A stretch of 64,000 bases of DNA from Vitrella brassicaformis CCMP3155 (GCA_001179505.1 CDMY01000225.1:96379-160378); one strand, 5' to 3'. Shown: positions 37,069 to 50,000, counted from the stretch's first letter. Numbers and translations: made by a program. Notes: generated by a model not told the origin, from the sequence alone.

Positions 37069-37461
37069 CGTGTCTCGCTCACCGTGGTCTTCGACAACCG
37101 CCTCCAGTATCTCCAGGTGATCCTTATACTTGGTCAGGCAATACGTCTCTTCGTCGGCAGCCTGGGCAAATGCCAATGAAAGTCTCCATTCCCATCCCTG
37201 ACCGACCCGCTCACCTACCTTGGCGCACAACGTGTTAAGCGTGCGGATAATCTGCGGATGAGTCAACGGTGTACTCGATATGTTCATCTGTGCCATCATG
37301 AGGTGTTTCTCTGTACCTTGCTTGAACGTGCACAGCCAGGGCCCTTGCCATTAGCGTCTGTGATCCCCTCGTTGAGCGCGTCGACGGCCTGGGCGAAGCA
37401 ACCAGTGCAGATGGCCTCGAGCTTGTCCGAGTCTACAGCTAGCTCGGCCACGTTCGTGAAG

Positions 37462-38537
37462 TCAGTCACGACAGCAGCGCAGAGTGGATCGTTTCCACCT
37501 ACAGACGACGCGCTTGTGCTTGCAGCTGTGGGTCATGTCTGTCGTTCGAAGCATCTCACCTGCTCCTAGGTTGGTCTGGACGCTGTCGAGTACCGGGCAG
37601 CACCCGGCGTTGCTCATTCCGTCTCTGGAGCACACCGGAGGCTTCAGAGTCAAGCCACCGAACTGTCGAGGATGGAAAGTAGCCCCATCATGTGTGTCGT
37701 CTCTCCGTGCAGCCTGTGTCTCACGACTGTGTAGCAGTGCGTACCACTCCTGTTGAGCGGAGATCGAAATCGAATGCAGCTGCGAGCCCCTTAATCCTCT
37801 GGCGGTCAATGGCGAGGCGGCACGCTCTCGATGGCTGCGTGCGTCAACAGAGACAACAGCCACAAGAGGACGAGAACGACAACGGCAGAAATCCCTCTAG
37901 CGTACTTTCTCCCTATCAGGCTTACCGGCTCGCTGGCGAGGACCCTGCAGACACACAAACAAGGCATTACACCCGAGTGTCCTGCCATCTAGAAAGCCTC
38001 TCTTACATGGTGAGCGAAAGGATGAAGAAGAGAATCATCACACCAGGCACCAAGGCGGATCCCACGCCTGCCTCACGGCCCCTAAGGGAGAACATACAGC
38101 ACACCCACCCATCTGCCATGCAGATGCATTCATTCTTCCGCGTGTCCGTACGTCTGCATGACGAAGGCCAGAGACGAAATTGCGAGCGCCAGGGACGTGA
38201 TCAATGATGTGCTGATGGCCGATGCACCCGACTCCTCGTCGGATTCGTCAGGCTCCTCTGTTGAGCTCGAGCTGTGGTCTGGATCGGAATCAACGGAGAA
38301 GTATTCGGGATTTATGTCGGGCTCCTCGAAGACTTGCTCTACGATAGCCGCAGGTGGTATCTCCTCGTCTGTGGTTACCCCGATGACGCCCTCGACCACA
38401 TTGTCTATGTCGTCTGTTTCGTCGAGAGCCGTAGCAAAGCTGTTGTCTAGTTCCCCAGACGATTCAGCCATGGTGAGCGCGACGTCCAGGCCGTCATCGG
38501 TCGCACCGACTGTCTGGATGACACTCGTTATGTCCAC
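37462..38537 (-). CDS. Exons of a membrane protein with an acidic region and hydrophobic segments
   Basis: Acidic stretch (DETDDIDNVVEG...EEPDESDEE) followed by GVGSALVPGVMILFFILSLTM and GISAVVVLVLLWLLSLL. Possibly the C-terminal part of the secreted protein starting at 41669. Confidence 0.35.
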
Positions 38538-39923
38538 AGATGCCTGGAGGTAGGAGACATGGAGACACCACCGTGTGTGTGGCTGTGTCTCATGGCCAGG
38601 TCGTACGACTCACGTCCTCATTATTGAGTCTGCGCAGAAAAAAGGTTTTGGCGCGGATCAGGCGTCTCACTTGGACATTCTCGTCGCATGTCGGACTTTC
38701 CATGCAGCTCTCGAGATTGTGCGACCCCACGCAAAACGAAAAGTCGCCTGCGCGGCAAACCAAGGACATTAACAATACAAGCATAGTGTGCAAAAACTGA
38801 TGACTTACAGCCATCACAGCTTATCGATGTCGCCATGTTCTGCCGCAGGTTTTTGGCGAGGGCCTATAATATGAGAAAGGACAATGGAAAAGAGCAGACA
38901 GGGGTTGCGAATGGGACCTGGCTGATGGCACAGTTGCGTTGATTAGTGAGTTTGTCCCTCGACATGCCGCTGATGGTGGTCTTCACTTCATACTTGCGAA
39001 TCTCAGTCAGCTCGTCACAGCCGACGAACAGCTGCATTTGAGAGAGACAAGAAATACCAATTCAAACACGGGAGACTATCTAGGATTCTCCTCAGCTTCT
39101 CTTGCCTGAGAGCAGCCGCCCTTTGCAGGAGGGGGACTCTGCATCCGTCGCACAAAGGAGGCACCGTACCATTTGAAAAGATCTCCCTCCCTTCTACGAT
39201 TGGCTTACAGGTTTGGTCCATTCTCCTTTGCTTGGTGGCGGTTTAAGTGTGGGGCGGGGGGGAGGAGGTGTCGGCAGTTGGATGGAAGGCGGCGCAGGAG
39301 GTCGGCCAGGCTGGTAGAAGTCTCTAAGTGCCTGAGCGCTCTCTGCGGTTGTCTTCTTGACAACAGAAGACAAATCTGGTATGTCAGGACAGCTTTCTTG
39401 TAAAGCTGCGGCAAACTCAGGATCCTTCTGAGTCAGTTCGTTGACATCCCAGCTGAACCAGTCATGGACAGTATTGCACTGCTCCAAGTTGAGTCGAAAC
39501 GTTTCTGATTGCATAGAATCGACAACAAGTCACGGGCCAGGGGTGGCGTGTTTTGCTCTTACTTTCATTCCCGTCTTCATACAGGAAGTCGACTAGCCCG
39601 GCTGTCGATTCTTGGCATTCACCAGACCTTCTCCCCCATCTCCCCATTTCGTGGTTGCAAACGAGCTTGCAGAAGCTATCCGCAAAGCAGCCTCTAGTGT
39701 CGACAGTCTATCGAAGCGACACATGTCCTCAATAATCAAGACAATGATACCCTTGCTTGTCTTCACTAACCGTATTGCCAGACGTTCTATCGTATGTCCG
39801 ATATCTGGAGCACCATTCATAAATAAGTGATCGATTACTGATCAAGGAATATCGCAGGCATCGATCCGAGTGCAGATAACGGAGCTCCTGATATCACCAG
39901 TGGACAAAGACCAGTCACAGCAA

Positions 39924-41669
39924 TCAGTCTTCTATGTCGGGTAATATACTTACCGGATGCTTGTAGGGACTTTTCGCATTCATGTCGCAGTGGCCAAAGG
40001 GAAGAGACGACCCGGGGTTCAGTCCATACCAGAAGTAATTAAAATGGCAGTCGTCCGTATTACATGTCTGGTCCCAACATCGGTGGTCAATGGGCGGTCG
40101 GTAGTAGTCAGGGGGGTAGCCTGGCTCTGGGTCGACAACCGGGGGTGGTGTCCTGTATTCCTCCGATCCGTTTGCTGCTGCCGTCTGTTTGATGTACATG
40201 GTCGCATTGTGGGTCGCATTGTACACGCATGTCTCGTTGGCTTTCTTAGTGAGAGCAATACACTTGGCAGCTGGCCCTGTGTGGTGTGAACAGTGTAAAT
40301 GAAGGGAGTCGCTCAATGTGCACATAAGAAGCCACTCAGTCTTATGCAGCCCACCGCATTCACTTGCATCCTCTTTAAATGCTTTCGCAATTGTGTCTGC
40401 CGTTGGGAAACAGGGTAAGTAGTACATGTCTCCTGTCTTGTCAGTACAGTGCTCTGATGAGAAAGATAGTCTTCTTATTGGTCTCACAGCGGGAGAGAGT
40501 GTGTTGCGCCTTTGTGTCATGCAAATCTCACTCTTGCTTCTGCATGTTTTCTTGTCATGGGTCTTTAAGCAATCATACCTGCGCACATCAGCGAGGAGAT
40601 CAAAGGGCTGTCATTACGATTATCCCCTGTCACCTACTCCCTGCCCACATACCACTTTCTGGCTTCAGGGCATTTCGTCGGATCTCCATTGCTGGCCACG
40701 TAAAGAGCCAGAGTGCTAGCCTTGATATCACAAGGCCACTCTCGCCATCTGTATGGGTCTTGGACCCACTGACAGTCATCGACGGCCTCGCATACACTTC
40801 GTGTTGCGGCGCTATGGCAAGCCGGCAAGATGCCGCAATCTAGAATGTGGCCCAGTTTGTGTAGCTGTGAACAGTGCAATACACATGCGGTATGGTGGTC
40901 TGTAAGATGACTTGTCATTGCCTTCATGTAAGTTTGTGCGCCTTACGAGGGCAAATTTCTCGTAGTATCTGAGCGAAATCGAAGAACAATGGTTACCAAT
41001 GCTAAGTGCCCACTCGTTGTAGCTGTGCACTCACATGTCGAATGATTGAGGGACGCAGAAGTCGAAAGGGTAGTTAAATCCCTTGCAGCGTGGACCTAAG
41101 AAGCCGAACCCATGCACACGTGCTTCCGTCCGTCCCCTATTTCACGACATACCGTCGATTGAATAAGAATAACACTTTCCCGAGTCTCTCTTGAGGCACT
41201 GAGAATCAGACCACATGAGAAGTGACAGGAGACTCATGTGCCCCACCTCTGTGGCATTAGCCGCGATTGGGCCTTGTGCTTCGAGCTCTGCCAGCTTGGC
41301 CTTGCACGCAAAGGGGGGGGCCGGGGGAAGGGATGGCTCCTCGGCCGGAGGTTCAGGCGAGATATCGAGTGGCGGTTCGACAATCTCGTCGACTTGTAGC
41401 TGTCGTGTGCAGTTGGCGCCCGTACAAGGAGGGCGTGGCTCATCGTCGGTGCAATTGGTCGAGTCGCTCTCGTTGCATTTGCCGGGAGGGGGCCTGTCAG
41501 GGTAGTCAGGCGGCACGTATGGAGGCCGCGAAGGGGGTGGAACGTAAGCCACAGTCTCGCAGAGAGGGAAGGAGTCACAGAAGGTGTCGTCGCCTTCCCA
41601 CGCTTTCCAGGCCAAAACGAGGCGCAAGGGACCAGAGATGAGGGCCACGACCACCAGGTACAACTTCAT
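39924..41669 (-). CDS. Secreted Cys/Pro-rich protein (N-terminal part; probably continues leftwards)
   Basis: Signal-peptide-like MKLYLVVVALISGPLRLVLA, Pro-rich linkers, many Cys-W motifs (CHSAATRSVCEAVDDCQWV) and many N-X-S/T sites. Confidence 0.6.
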
Positions 41670-42289
41670 TTCGGAAAACAGGAAAGGGTGACCGTCGCGA
41701 CGGGGGGCAGTGGGGGCATGCTGTTAAATAGGGAAGAGAACCTTGCTTGTGCTCTGGGGAAAGTCGCCTATTCGTTGAGCGGACACTGGCAGACAGACAT
41801 TGCGGACAGGCCTTCTGGCTGCTTCTGGCCGGCTTGGTGAATGGCCTTTCCGTGTGTGAGCCTCTCTGCTGCTGTTCTCTCCTCTCTGTGTGTGAACCGT
41901 TGCAACGCACGTGGTGCGCACTCCGGCCCGGGTTGCAGAAGGGCAGCAGCAAACACGCAGGGACACGAATATGACACGGGAGGGGCTGTATGTGTGTGTG
42001 TGTGGCACTGGTAGGCACTGAGTGTGGCAGATGGATGCATTCACTCACGCGGACACAGACAGGATGCATCACGCACAGCTATGCAGCAGTATGCAGCAGT
42101 CCTCTATCGGGTGCGTGTCATTCGCACGCAAAGACACACCCCAATGGATGGATAGATTGATGGATGGGGGCATGAGCAAGACCTCCCCCCTGACCGGAGG
42201 GAGGTCTCATGCTCTTGACCGTAGCATTGAGTCCGCACATGAGCATTGCATTGATTGATGTCTTTCAGCCACCGTTTTGTCTGTTCATC

Positions 42290-45200
42290 TCATCGTATGT
42301 TCCTCTTTATCTGTGTCTCCATCTCCCCCAGCCGCCTGTCCACCTGTGTCAGCCGCTCGTCCATCTGCATCTGTCGCTCGTCCATCTGCCTCAGTCGTTT
42401 GTCCATTCCCTGTAAGACTGAGTGGATAAGAGAGCAACAAGCACGTGGCATGCAAGATTCCAAGGCTGGTCTTCTCCATCTGTTGCATGTATCCGCCTTG
42501 TCTCACCTGTCATGATGTCAGGAGAAGTCGCGTTGTGGGAATCTGCCGCCGCTATCCACGCGTCGATGCTGTCCTTCGAAAACGTCTTCGAAACTCGTGC
42601 GACTGTGGCTGTGGCAACTCCTGGATGCTGAGAGACTCCGAATGCCTTCTCCACGGCAATACAACAGAATGTGGACAGTGCTTTCTTTGTTTCTGTTCTT
42701 ACTTGGAGTACAAAGCCCAGGAAGAAGAATAGTATGGTGAATGGGGTCACAATGGTGAGAACAATGGCGTTCCACAGACTTTGGAAGAAGTCTCCCGTTC
42801 GAGTGTAGCGGTGCAGACTTCTGCTAAAGAAACAGGGACAGTCCTTGTTCTGGAGATAGTCTCTCTTCTGAAGCGAGAGTAAAACGCGTTCCACAGCGCA
42901 ATAAAGGAAAGCCGGTGTGAAGGCGACGGTAAAGAGGAACGCGTCGATGAGGGAATACAGAGCCACCATGGACCAAAAGGTGACGCGGCAGAGCCTTGAC
43001 TGACATCCCCTGATGAAAGACGCGAAATGGCGCAAGGGGGCTGACCCACAGAAAGCTGCAACATACAATGTAAAGCCACGTGTACAGCTCTGCGGTTCAA
43101 CGAGCGCATGGCGATTCTCGTAGCCGTGTCGCACTGACCGATGAGGTTGAATGGCGGCGGCAGGCGCTCGTGCTTTGGCATATTCAGGTACTCATTCAAC
43201 ACGCGAACCCGCAGCAGCCTGCGCTCATTGACAAAGGGAGAGAGAGACACGTCGCTCTGCCTCTGACGCCTCTTTGTCATCCATCTGTCTGTCCCTCTTT
43301 GTTTGTACTGGTATTGAGAGGTTTGTTTCTCCTCGATGGCCGCATACGTCGACGCCTGACGCAGACAGAAGGGACATGAATTGAGCGCCTGCATGATACC
43401 CTCGTGTCTCTCTCACCATAATCGCGATAAGGAGGTTGAGCTATTGAAGCCGGCAGACAGAGAGACAGACAAAGGGAGTCCTTGAATGTTGCTGAGTGCC
43501 TGAGTGGTTTTGACGTACGAGAATGATGGAGGAGAGGATGACGTATGTGAACAGCAGGACGGCCCCCAGCGTGTCGTGGCTCTCTATGGCGTTGGTCAGC
43601 GCCTCACTGAACTCACCAAGACCCGCGTAAAAACTGCACAACACCACAAGACGGAGAGAGGCAGGTGTCCCGTTCCTCTGTGTCTTCTCATGAGCTCCCA
43701 TGCGCACAGAGTGAGTGTGGCTTTGGGGAAGGAGCCGAAGTACTGGTGGTCTTCGTCGGACGAGAGGACGGTGAAGACGCCCGCGAAGACCAGCAGGATG
43801 TAGATGTACAGCAGTAGAAAATTCCGGATGTCCGACAGCATCTTCACCACCGCACTGACCCACGGACAAGCACATGACACACAGATGGAAGCAGGAGGGT
43901 ATCAGGACAGGAGCGTCCGCTTACAGAATGAGTGGTCCGGCGACGGAAAAAGTAATGCTGACGACTTGCAGGAGACGGAGCGCAAAGAGCAGCGCTATAA
44001 CGATCCCTGAGCTCACTTCCGCCTCGGCAGAGTAGCCCAGGAAGTGGACGGCAATGAAGGCAGCGATTGACACCGCCGCAGCACAGTCGAGGTTGTTCCT
44101 GCAGCCATGTATGCACGCCCCCACACGCCGACAGCACACATAAAGCCGCCAGCACGGCTGGCTCTTCACCCACCATGAGTCGGCCCAGTACGCTGCCTTC
44201 AGGCGGATGCCCTGCACACACACAGACGATAACATATGTCATAGTTTTCAGTCAGGCGTGTCTCCTCTCGTCTGTCTCACTTGGAAGGCCTCCTGTAAAA
44301 TGAAGCCGATGCCGGTCAGCACTGCACCCCACAGCCACACCCCCGCCATCATCATGCCGCTGTCTCCCTTGATCGACTCGATGTGCAGCAGCACAAAGGC
44401 CACCCTGAGAACACGCACAGAAGAGGTGCCATGCGCTCTCTCTGCCTTCATCGTTGTGCCTGGCTGCAGCCTTACATCAGCAGCATTGACAGCACGCGGC
44501 TGAAGAATGCACTCCGAGGTGAAAACTCTACCGCGCAAAACTTCGCCGCGTTGGGTAGACATCTGGCGGTAATGTCGTTGAAGTAATAGGACTGCTGCCA
44601 GCGATGTGTTATGAGAGAGACGCAGTTGGCTACCGCAATCAGCACAAAGGAGTGAGTCGAATGACAGAGAGAGGACTTAATTGTGCGGCTTACCTTGGGT
44701 GACGACTTCTAGTGGCTCAGCGGCTTCAAGCAGCTCAAGGAACTTCTCCTCACCGCCTTTGAGTGACTCTTTGAACTCTTTTTCTCGCGTATCGGTGCAG
44801 AAGCGCGCTGTAATAGCCTGAAAGGACGCGAATATACACAGCGAATAAATGGAATCTTCTCCATTACCTCGAGCCACCCGGCTACCTCTGCAAGGTCACT
44901 GCACAATCCGACAGACGGATCCATGCTGGTCGCTTTCTCTCTTCAATCCTACTCTGTGAGCGAGTCCTGTGGTCGTGAAGCCATCAATTTGCGGAAGATA
45001 GTGCACCAGCGAAGAGTGTCGAGGCCGGGCGACTGGGATCGCCTCAGGCACTCTACGAAGCCGTGTTTCGCGCAAGCAACAGCGTCGGGAAGGAGCTCTG
45101 GCTGCCGCAACACGCTCTCGAGCTTCTGGTCATTTGTCCCCAGGAGCTCCATAGCGACCGCCCCAGCCACGGCAAACATCGCACCAACGAATTTTGGGTC

Positions 45201-46530
45201 GTTTGCCCTCACATAGCTTTCCTCGAGGGCAAAATCGAGAGGCGTCCTTCCGTACTGTCAGAGTCACATAACCAGGGACAATACCGAGAAATGCCTCGGC
45301 GCAGTGCAGCCTACCTTGTTTTTGATCCTCAAGAGCTGTGGGTTCACCCTTAGCATCCACTCCACCACATCGACATGGCGATTCCCTGCAGGAGAACACA
45401 AAGAGACACGTTGAAGACTCATGCCCTTGTGGTTGTCATTTGCAGAAGTGAATGACCTGCTGCCCGATGAAGAGGCGTCCAGCCATCCTACAGACACAAA
45501 ATGGAGAAGACATCTGTCAGCTGTTCAATGCACCAGTCGACATTCCTTTATCCTTACGTTGTCCCGAGCTTCCAGCAGTTCCTTTCCGCCCCACTCGACA
45601 AACTTCTCCACAACACCAACTGACCCTTTTCGTGCTGCCCAATGAAGAGGCGTGTCGCCATCCTACAGTCACAGCATGAAGACAGCAGTGAAGACATCGG
45701 TCGGCCAATGGGCAGAATGAGTGTAATTGTCGAGCACGATACCCCATCTTTCAGGTTGAGCAGGTGGCGTCGGTTGTCCAGCAGCACCTCAAACACCGCC
45801 ACAGACGAACTTCGCCCTGAGGAGCACACACAGGGGCCACTCAGCTGCATCATCATGTTTGTGTCGTGATGTAAAGAGGCGTACATGCGGCATAGTGGAT
45901 GGCAGAGTCATGATGGTAGCCGTATCCAGTCGTCAGCACTTTCTCGGTTTGCTCAGGCGACAGACCGTCGAGGGCCTTCCGCAGGCCCTCCACATCTGAC
46001 GCATCGATGGCTTTCTTGATGCTGTCTTTCAGTGCATCTGTCGCTTCCCACTCGTCGGCGGCCGGAGCGCCCACCAGGGGGACCTGCAGACGACACACAG
46101 ACGTCCGAGAGGCCTGAGAGTCGACTGACACCAACACACCTGCTCGAAGCGTCTCGGTGCCTTGGTGATGTCATCGGTGACGTCAGGCAGCTGGGGCTCC
46201 ATCATCCCTTGGCCATCGTCCAGCAGCAGAGGAATGTGCTCACTCGAGGCCGACGCCATCTGCAGTGGACAGACAGACGCACACAGACACCACTCGTCGG
46301 AGGCAGCCGCTGGTCACTGTGCCACAAGGGCATTGCAGGGTGACCTTGGGATGGTCTGTCTGTGTGTGGTGGATGGCCTGCTGTGCGGCAGCGTCGCCCT
46401 CGTCGACTCGCGGCAGCTGGATGTAGCACGCCTCATCAACACCGCTGGGGCGTCTGTGGCCGTCTCTCACACTGTCGCCCTCTTGGCCCTGCACACGGGG
46501 GCTGCGCTGCGTGTGCAGCAAACCCCACAT
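42290..46530 (-). CDS. Ankyrin/TRP-like cation channel, copy 4 (apparently intact)
   Basis: The splice junctions checked from MWGLLH through the ankyrin repeats (DGDTPLHWAARKG, DGWTPLHRAA, YGRTPLDFA), S1-S6, pore FYAGLGEF and LPPPFNL are in phase. The gene ends in a coiled-coil exon with stop at 42290-42292. Confidence 0.85.
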
Positions 46531-46670
46531 CTTCCCGGACGGGGCTATCCCGGCGGAGACGCCCAGCCCACAATTTGCGCCCCCTGCTGCATGTGCGAGC
46601 TGGGAAGAATCATTCCGCTCAGATATAACACTGTTTCCATCGCCTCCCGCTGTGCCCTTCGACTCATCCC

Positions 46671-48341
46671 ATGACCACCGCCACACCGCCATCAGCGGCG
46701 GATCTGACCAACAAGTCAGCCCTTGGCTGCCTCAAGCAAGCGCTTCTCCACCGCAAGTTCGGCCTCTTGTGTCTGAGGGCGTCCAAGCATGCCCTGTCGG
46801 CCAAGCATCTACAGACATCCCTCGACGCTCTCCCCACCGCCGACACGGCCTTCCATCTGGGCCTGGCCTACTATGGCTTGCGGCCCGACCGCCTTGCCGA
46901 CGCTGAGCGGGCCTTTGAGACCGCCACCCGCCTGGACAGCGGGATGAGTGGCGCTTATGTGAATCTGATGGTGCTGAAGATGCTGCAGGGCGACGACGAT
47001 GGGGCGACGGCAATGGCTACACGGGCACTGGAGATCAAGAGTGACTGCCCAGAGGCCGTCATGAACCTTTCTAACATCCTCAGGTACGGGGATGCACCAT
47101 CAATAGATGTGTGTGTGTGTCCCTGACCAGGTGTGTGTCTGTGTGTCTGGTCAGGTCTCGAGGCGCTCGCGAGGAGGCCATCAGCTTGGTGTGGCGACAC
47201 ATACAAGATTTCCACCCGCACCACGAGGCCCAGCGGGATTCTTCGGCTGCTACCATTGATGTGTCCGAGATGCCGAGTGACGACGGCTCCTTAGCCGACA
47301 CGCCTGTTGCTGTGGTGTGCGTCAAGTGGGGCAAGAGGTACCCTCCCTGCTATGTGAATCGACTCTTCTGGTGAGCAACAGGATGAAGCCGACTCATGGA
47401 AGGGTACATGCTTTTCTCATTTGCTGTGGTTGTCAGGGGTGTGCGTCGTTCCCTAAGCGGCAGCTCCTTTTCGTGGGAATTTCGGTGCTACTGTGACGAC
47501 GGTGATGGGCTGGCCGACGGCATCAAGACACACCACCTGCCGCCTCACCTGACAGGATGGTAGCCGCACACAGACAGGGGCTCCTGACCACAAATAGATT
47601 GGCGTCTGCGTGTGTGTTCAGGTGGGGCAAAAGCTATCTGTTCCATCCAGATGCTCAGCTCGAGGGCCGCCGGTGTGTGTACATCGACCTCGACACCGTC
47701 GTCACGGGACCCCTGGAGCCCCTGATGGCCGCATACAGGGGGGCGTTCGGCCTCTTGGGCACAGATGACATCCACTGCGAACTCGCCAAGGGCGGATACA
47801 ACTCAAGTGGGCCAAGAACACCTGCCCTTCATGTCGCGTCCATCCATCCATCCATCCATCCACCGTGTGTTGTGTTGTTCATGCAGGTGTGATAATCTGG
47901 ACCGGCCAAGCATCCCTGCGCCCCATCTCCACCGCCCTCACCCCCGCTGTGCGCCGCTATGTGCACCGATTCGACCACTGGCTGGAGATGATGGTCGCGC
48001 ACGCGCACCTCCTCAACCAGCTCCCTCTGCCGCATCGCATCGTCGATTTCTGCCAGACGTTCCGCACTGGCGCGCCGCGACCCCGGTGTGTCTTCATGAC
48101 CGGGGAGAGCACAGCAGATGGCGGCCCATGTGAAGACAATAGTGGGGCGGGAGAGGGGGTTGCGGATGGAGAGAGCGAGGGCGGTGCTGTGTGTCTGCCA
48201 GCTGATGTGTGTTTGGTGACATTCCCCAGGAGCCCCAAGCCCCATGAGGTGGCGGAGATCCGAGAGAGCAGACACGACTGGGTCAGGCAGCATTGGTGCG
48301 GTGACGATGTGGCAAGTGGTGGCATTTTGCCAGAGGTGTAG
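46671..48341 (+). CDS. TPR-repeat plus DxD glycosyltransferase-like protein
   Basis: TPR-like helices (FHLGLAYY...AERAFETATRLD, AYVNL...ALEIKSDCPEAVMNL) followed by VCVKWGKRYPPCYVNRL, GWWGKSYLF, YIDLDTVVTG, YNSSVIIW and VTFPRSPKPHE. Confidence 0.8.
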
Positions 48342-48833
48342 AAAGTCGAGCGGTCTTTTGGCTTGGCGCTTAGGCCGTGCTGATGCGTAGGTTGCTGCTT
48401 CTGTGAGTAGGACTCTGAGTGGACGGCACAGGTCGCCACGCAATTGACTCTCTGATGGATTGACTGACCAATCAATGTCGCTAACACTGTCTCAATCCGG
48501 CAGGCGCGAGGCGTCCACTGCACTGCAAGCACCACACGCACACAAGTACATTTACTCGGTCGCCTATCTGCCGCTGCCTAGGACCGGTGACCCAGGCGAA
48601 AGACGCACAGACAGCCACTCGGCCATGGAGTGAGTGCAGGTCAGCGCCACGGACACAGCGGATGGGGACGAATGGATGGCAGATCAGGGAGGGAGGGGAC
48701 TCAGCACCTGTGATGTGACAGAAGTGTGTGCGCTTCATTGATATGGAGTAAGTCATCCATCCATTCATCCAGCCAGTCGATCACCGAACGTTTCGTGGCG
48801 GGAGAAAAGTGCCCCCCGTCCCAACAACACCAT

Positions 48834-49133
48834 NNNNNNNNNNNNNNNNNNNNNNNNNNNNNNNNNNNNNNNNNNNNNNNNNNNNNNNNNNNNNNNNNNN
48901 NNNNNNNNNNNNNNNNNNNNNNNNNNNNNNNNNNNNNNNNNNNNNNNNNNNNNNNNNNNNNNNNNNNNNNNNNNNNNNNNNNNNNNNNNNNNNNNNNNNN
49001 NNNNNNNNNNNNNNNNNNNNNNNNNNNNNNNNNNNNNNNNNNNNNNNNNNNNNNNNNNNNNNNNNNNNNNNNNNNNNNNNNNNNNNNNNNNNNNNNNNNN
49101 NNNNNNNNNNNNNNNNNNNNNNNNNNNNNNNNN
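48834..49133. other. Assembly gap (300 N)
   Basis: Run of N. Confidence 0.99.
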
Positions 49134-49669
49134 CACCACAGAGCAACCATTTCCTTTTGTCGATCGATCGTTGGTCCGAGCCCGCCGCCTTGCCTGTCGG
49201 TGCAGACCACGTGGCTGGCCCCTAGAAAAACACTTCGCCCGCTGTAATGATACGGATGTGCCTAGCTAGCCTCACACAGACAGACAGCCAGGCAGCCAGA
49301 GGGAGCAGTACCACACCATCGATCCATCGATTGACAGCCAGGCAACGAGGGTCATCTATCTGGTGTAAGAAACTCACAGTACGGATCCACTGCATTCCAT
49401 TCCATTGCACGACTCCCCTCCCAGCCCACACAAATCCCTCCCTCCCTCACCGACCCCAGCCAGCCCACTGCAGCTACCGAATACGGTTGTCATCACCCAT
49501 CCCCTCCCTCCCCACGCAACGCAACCAACACCCGGCAAGCAGCCACAACACACACATAAACTCCCCTCCCTGGAAACAAACAAACACACACAGCGTCACG
49601 AGAGCAGGCACCGATGTGTGTACGGTGTGTGGCGGCAAGCTCACCGAAAAGTGTCATTGTCTCCCTTCC

Positions 49670-50000
49670 TCAGCTCTCTTCGGGCTTCGTGGGCGTCTTG
49701 GCTTCGGGTTGTTTGGGGAAATCGCCGGTTATCTCACGGTAGATGTTGCGCGGCCACGCCAGCACGTTGCCCCACGCGCACCACGACACCACCTGAGGGA
49801 ACGACAAACAAACAACACACACAGTACAGTGAAGGGTTTCTTGCCGCCGTGTGCCTGTGGCAGACAGTGAGAGGTACCATGATGCCTCCAACGGAGGCGA
49901 GGAGTGTAGGGAGGTCGCGGACGAACATCTTGGACCAGTTGGCGGCAGAGGTGCCGAACAGAAACTGCGCCACGCGCCCACCTTTGGTGTTGTTTGACAT
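49670..50000 (-). CDS. Small (about 80 aa) two-exon single-TM protein
   Basis: MSNNTKGGRVAQFLFGTSAANWSKMFVRDLPTLLASVGGIM spliced (gtacct...ctcag) to VVSWCAWGNVLAWPRNIYREITGDFPKQPEAKTPTKPEES*. Confidence 0.55.

Noticed and set aside
39946-39954. ATACTTACC resembling the 5' end of U1 snRNA
   Set aside because: It is the reverse complement of a splice donor (G/GTAAGTAT) of the minus-strand gene. No U1 stem-loops or Sm site follow.
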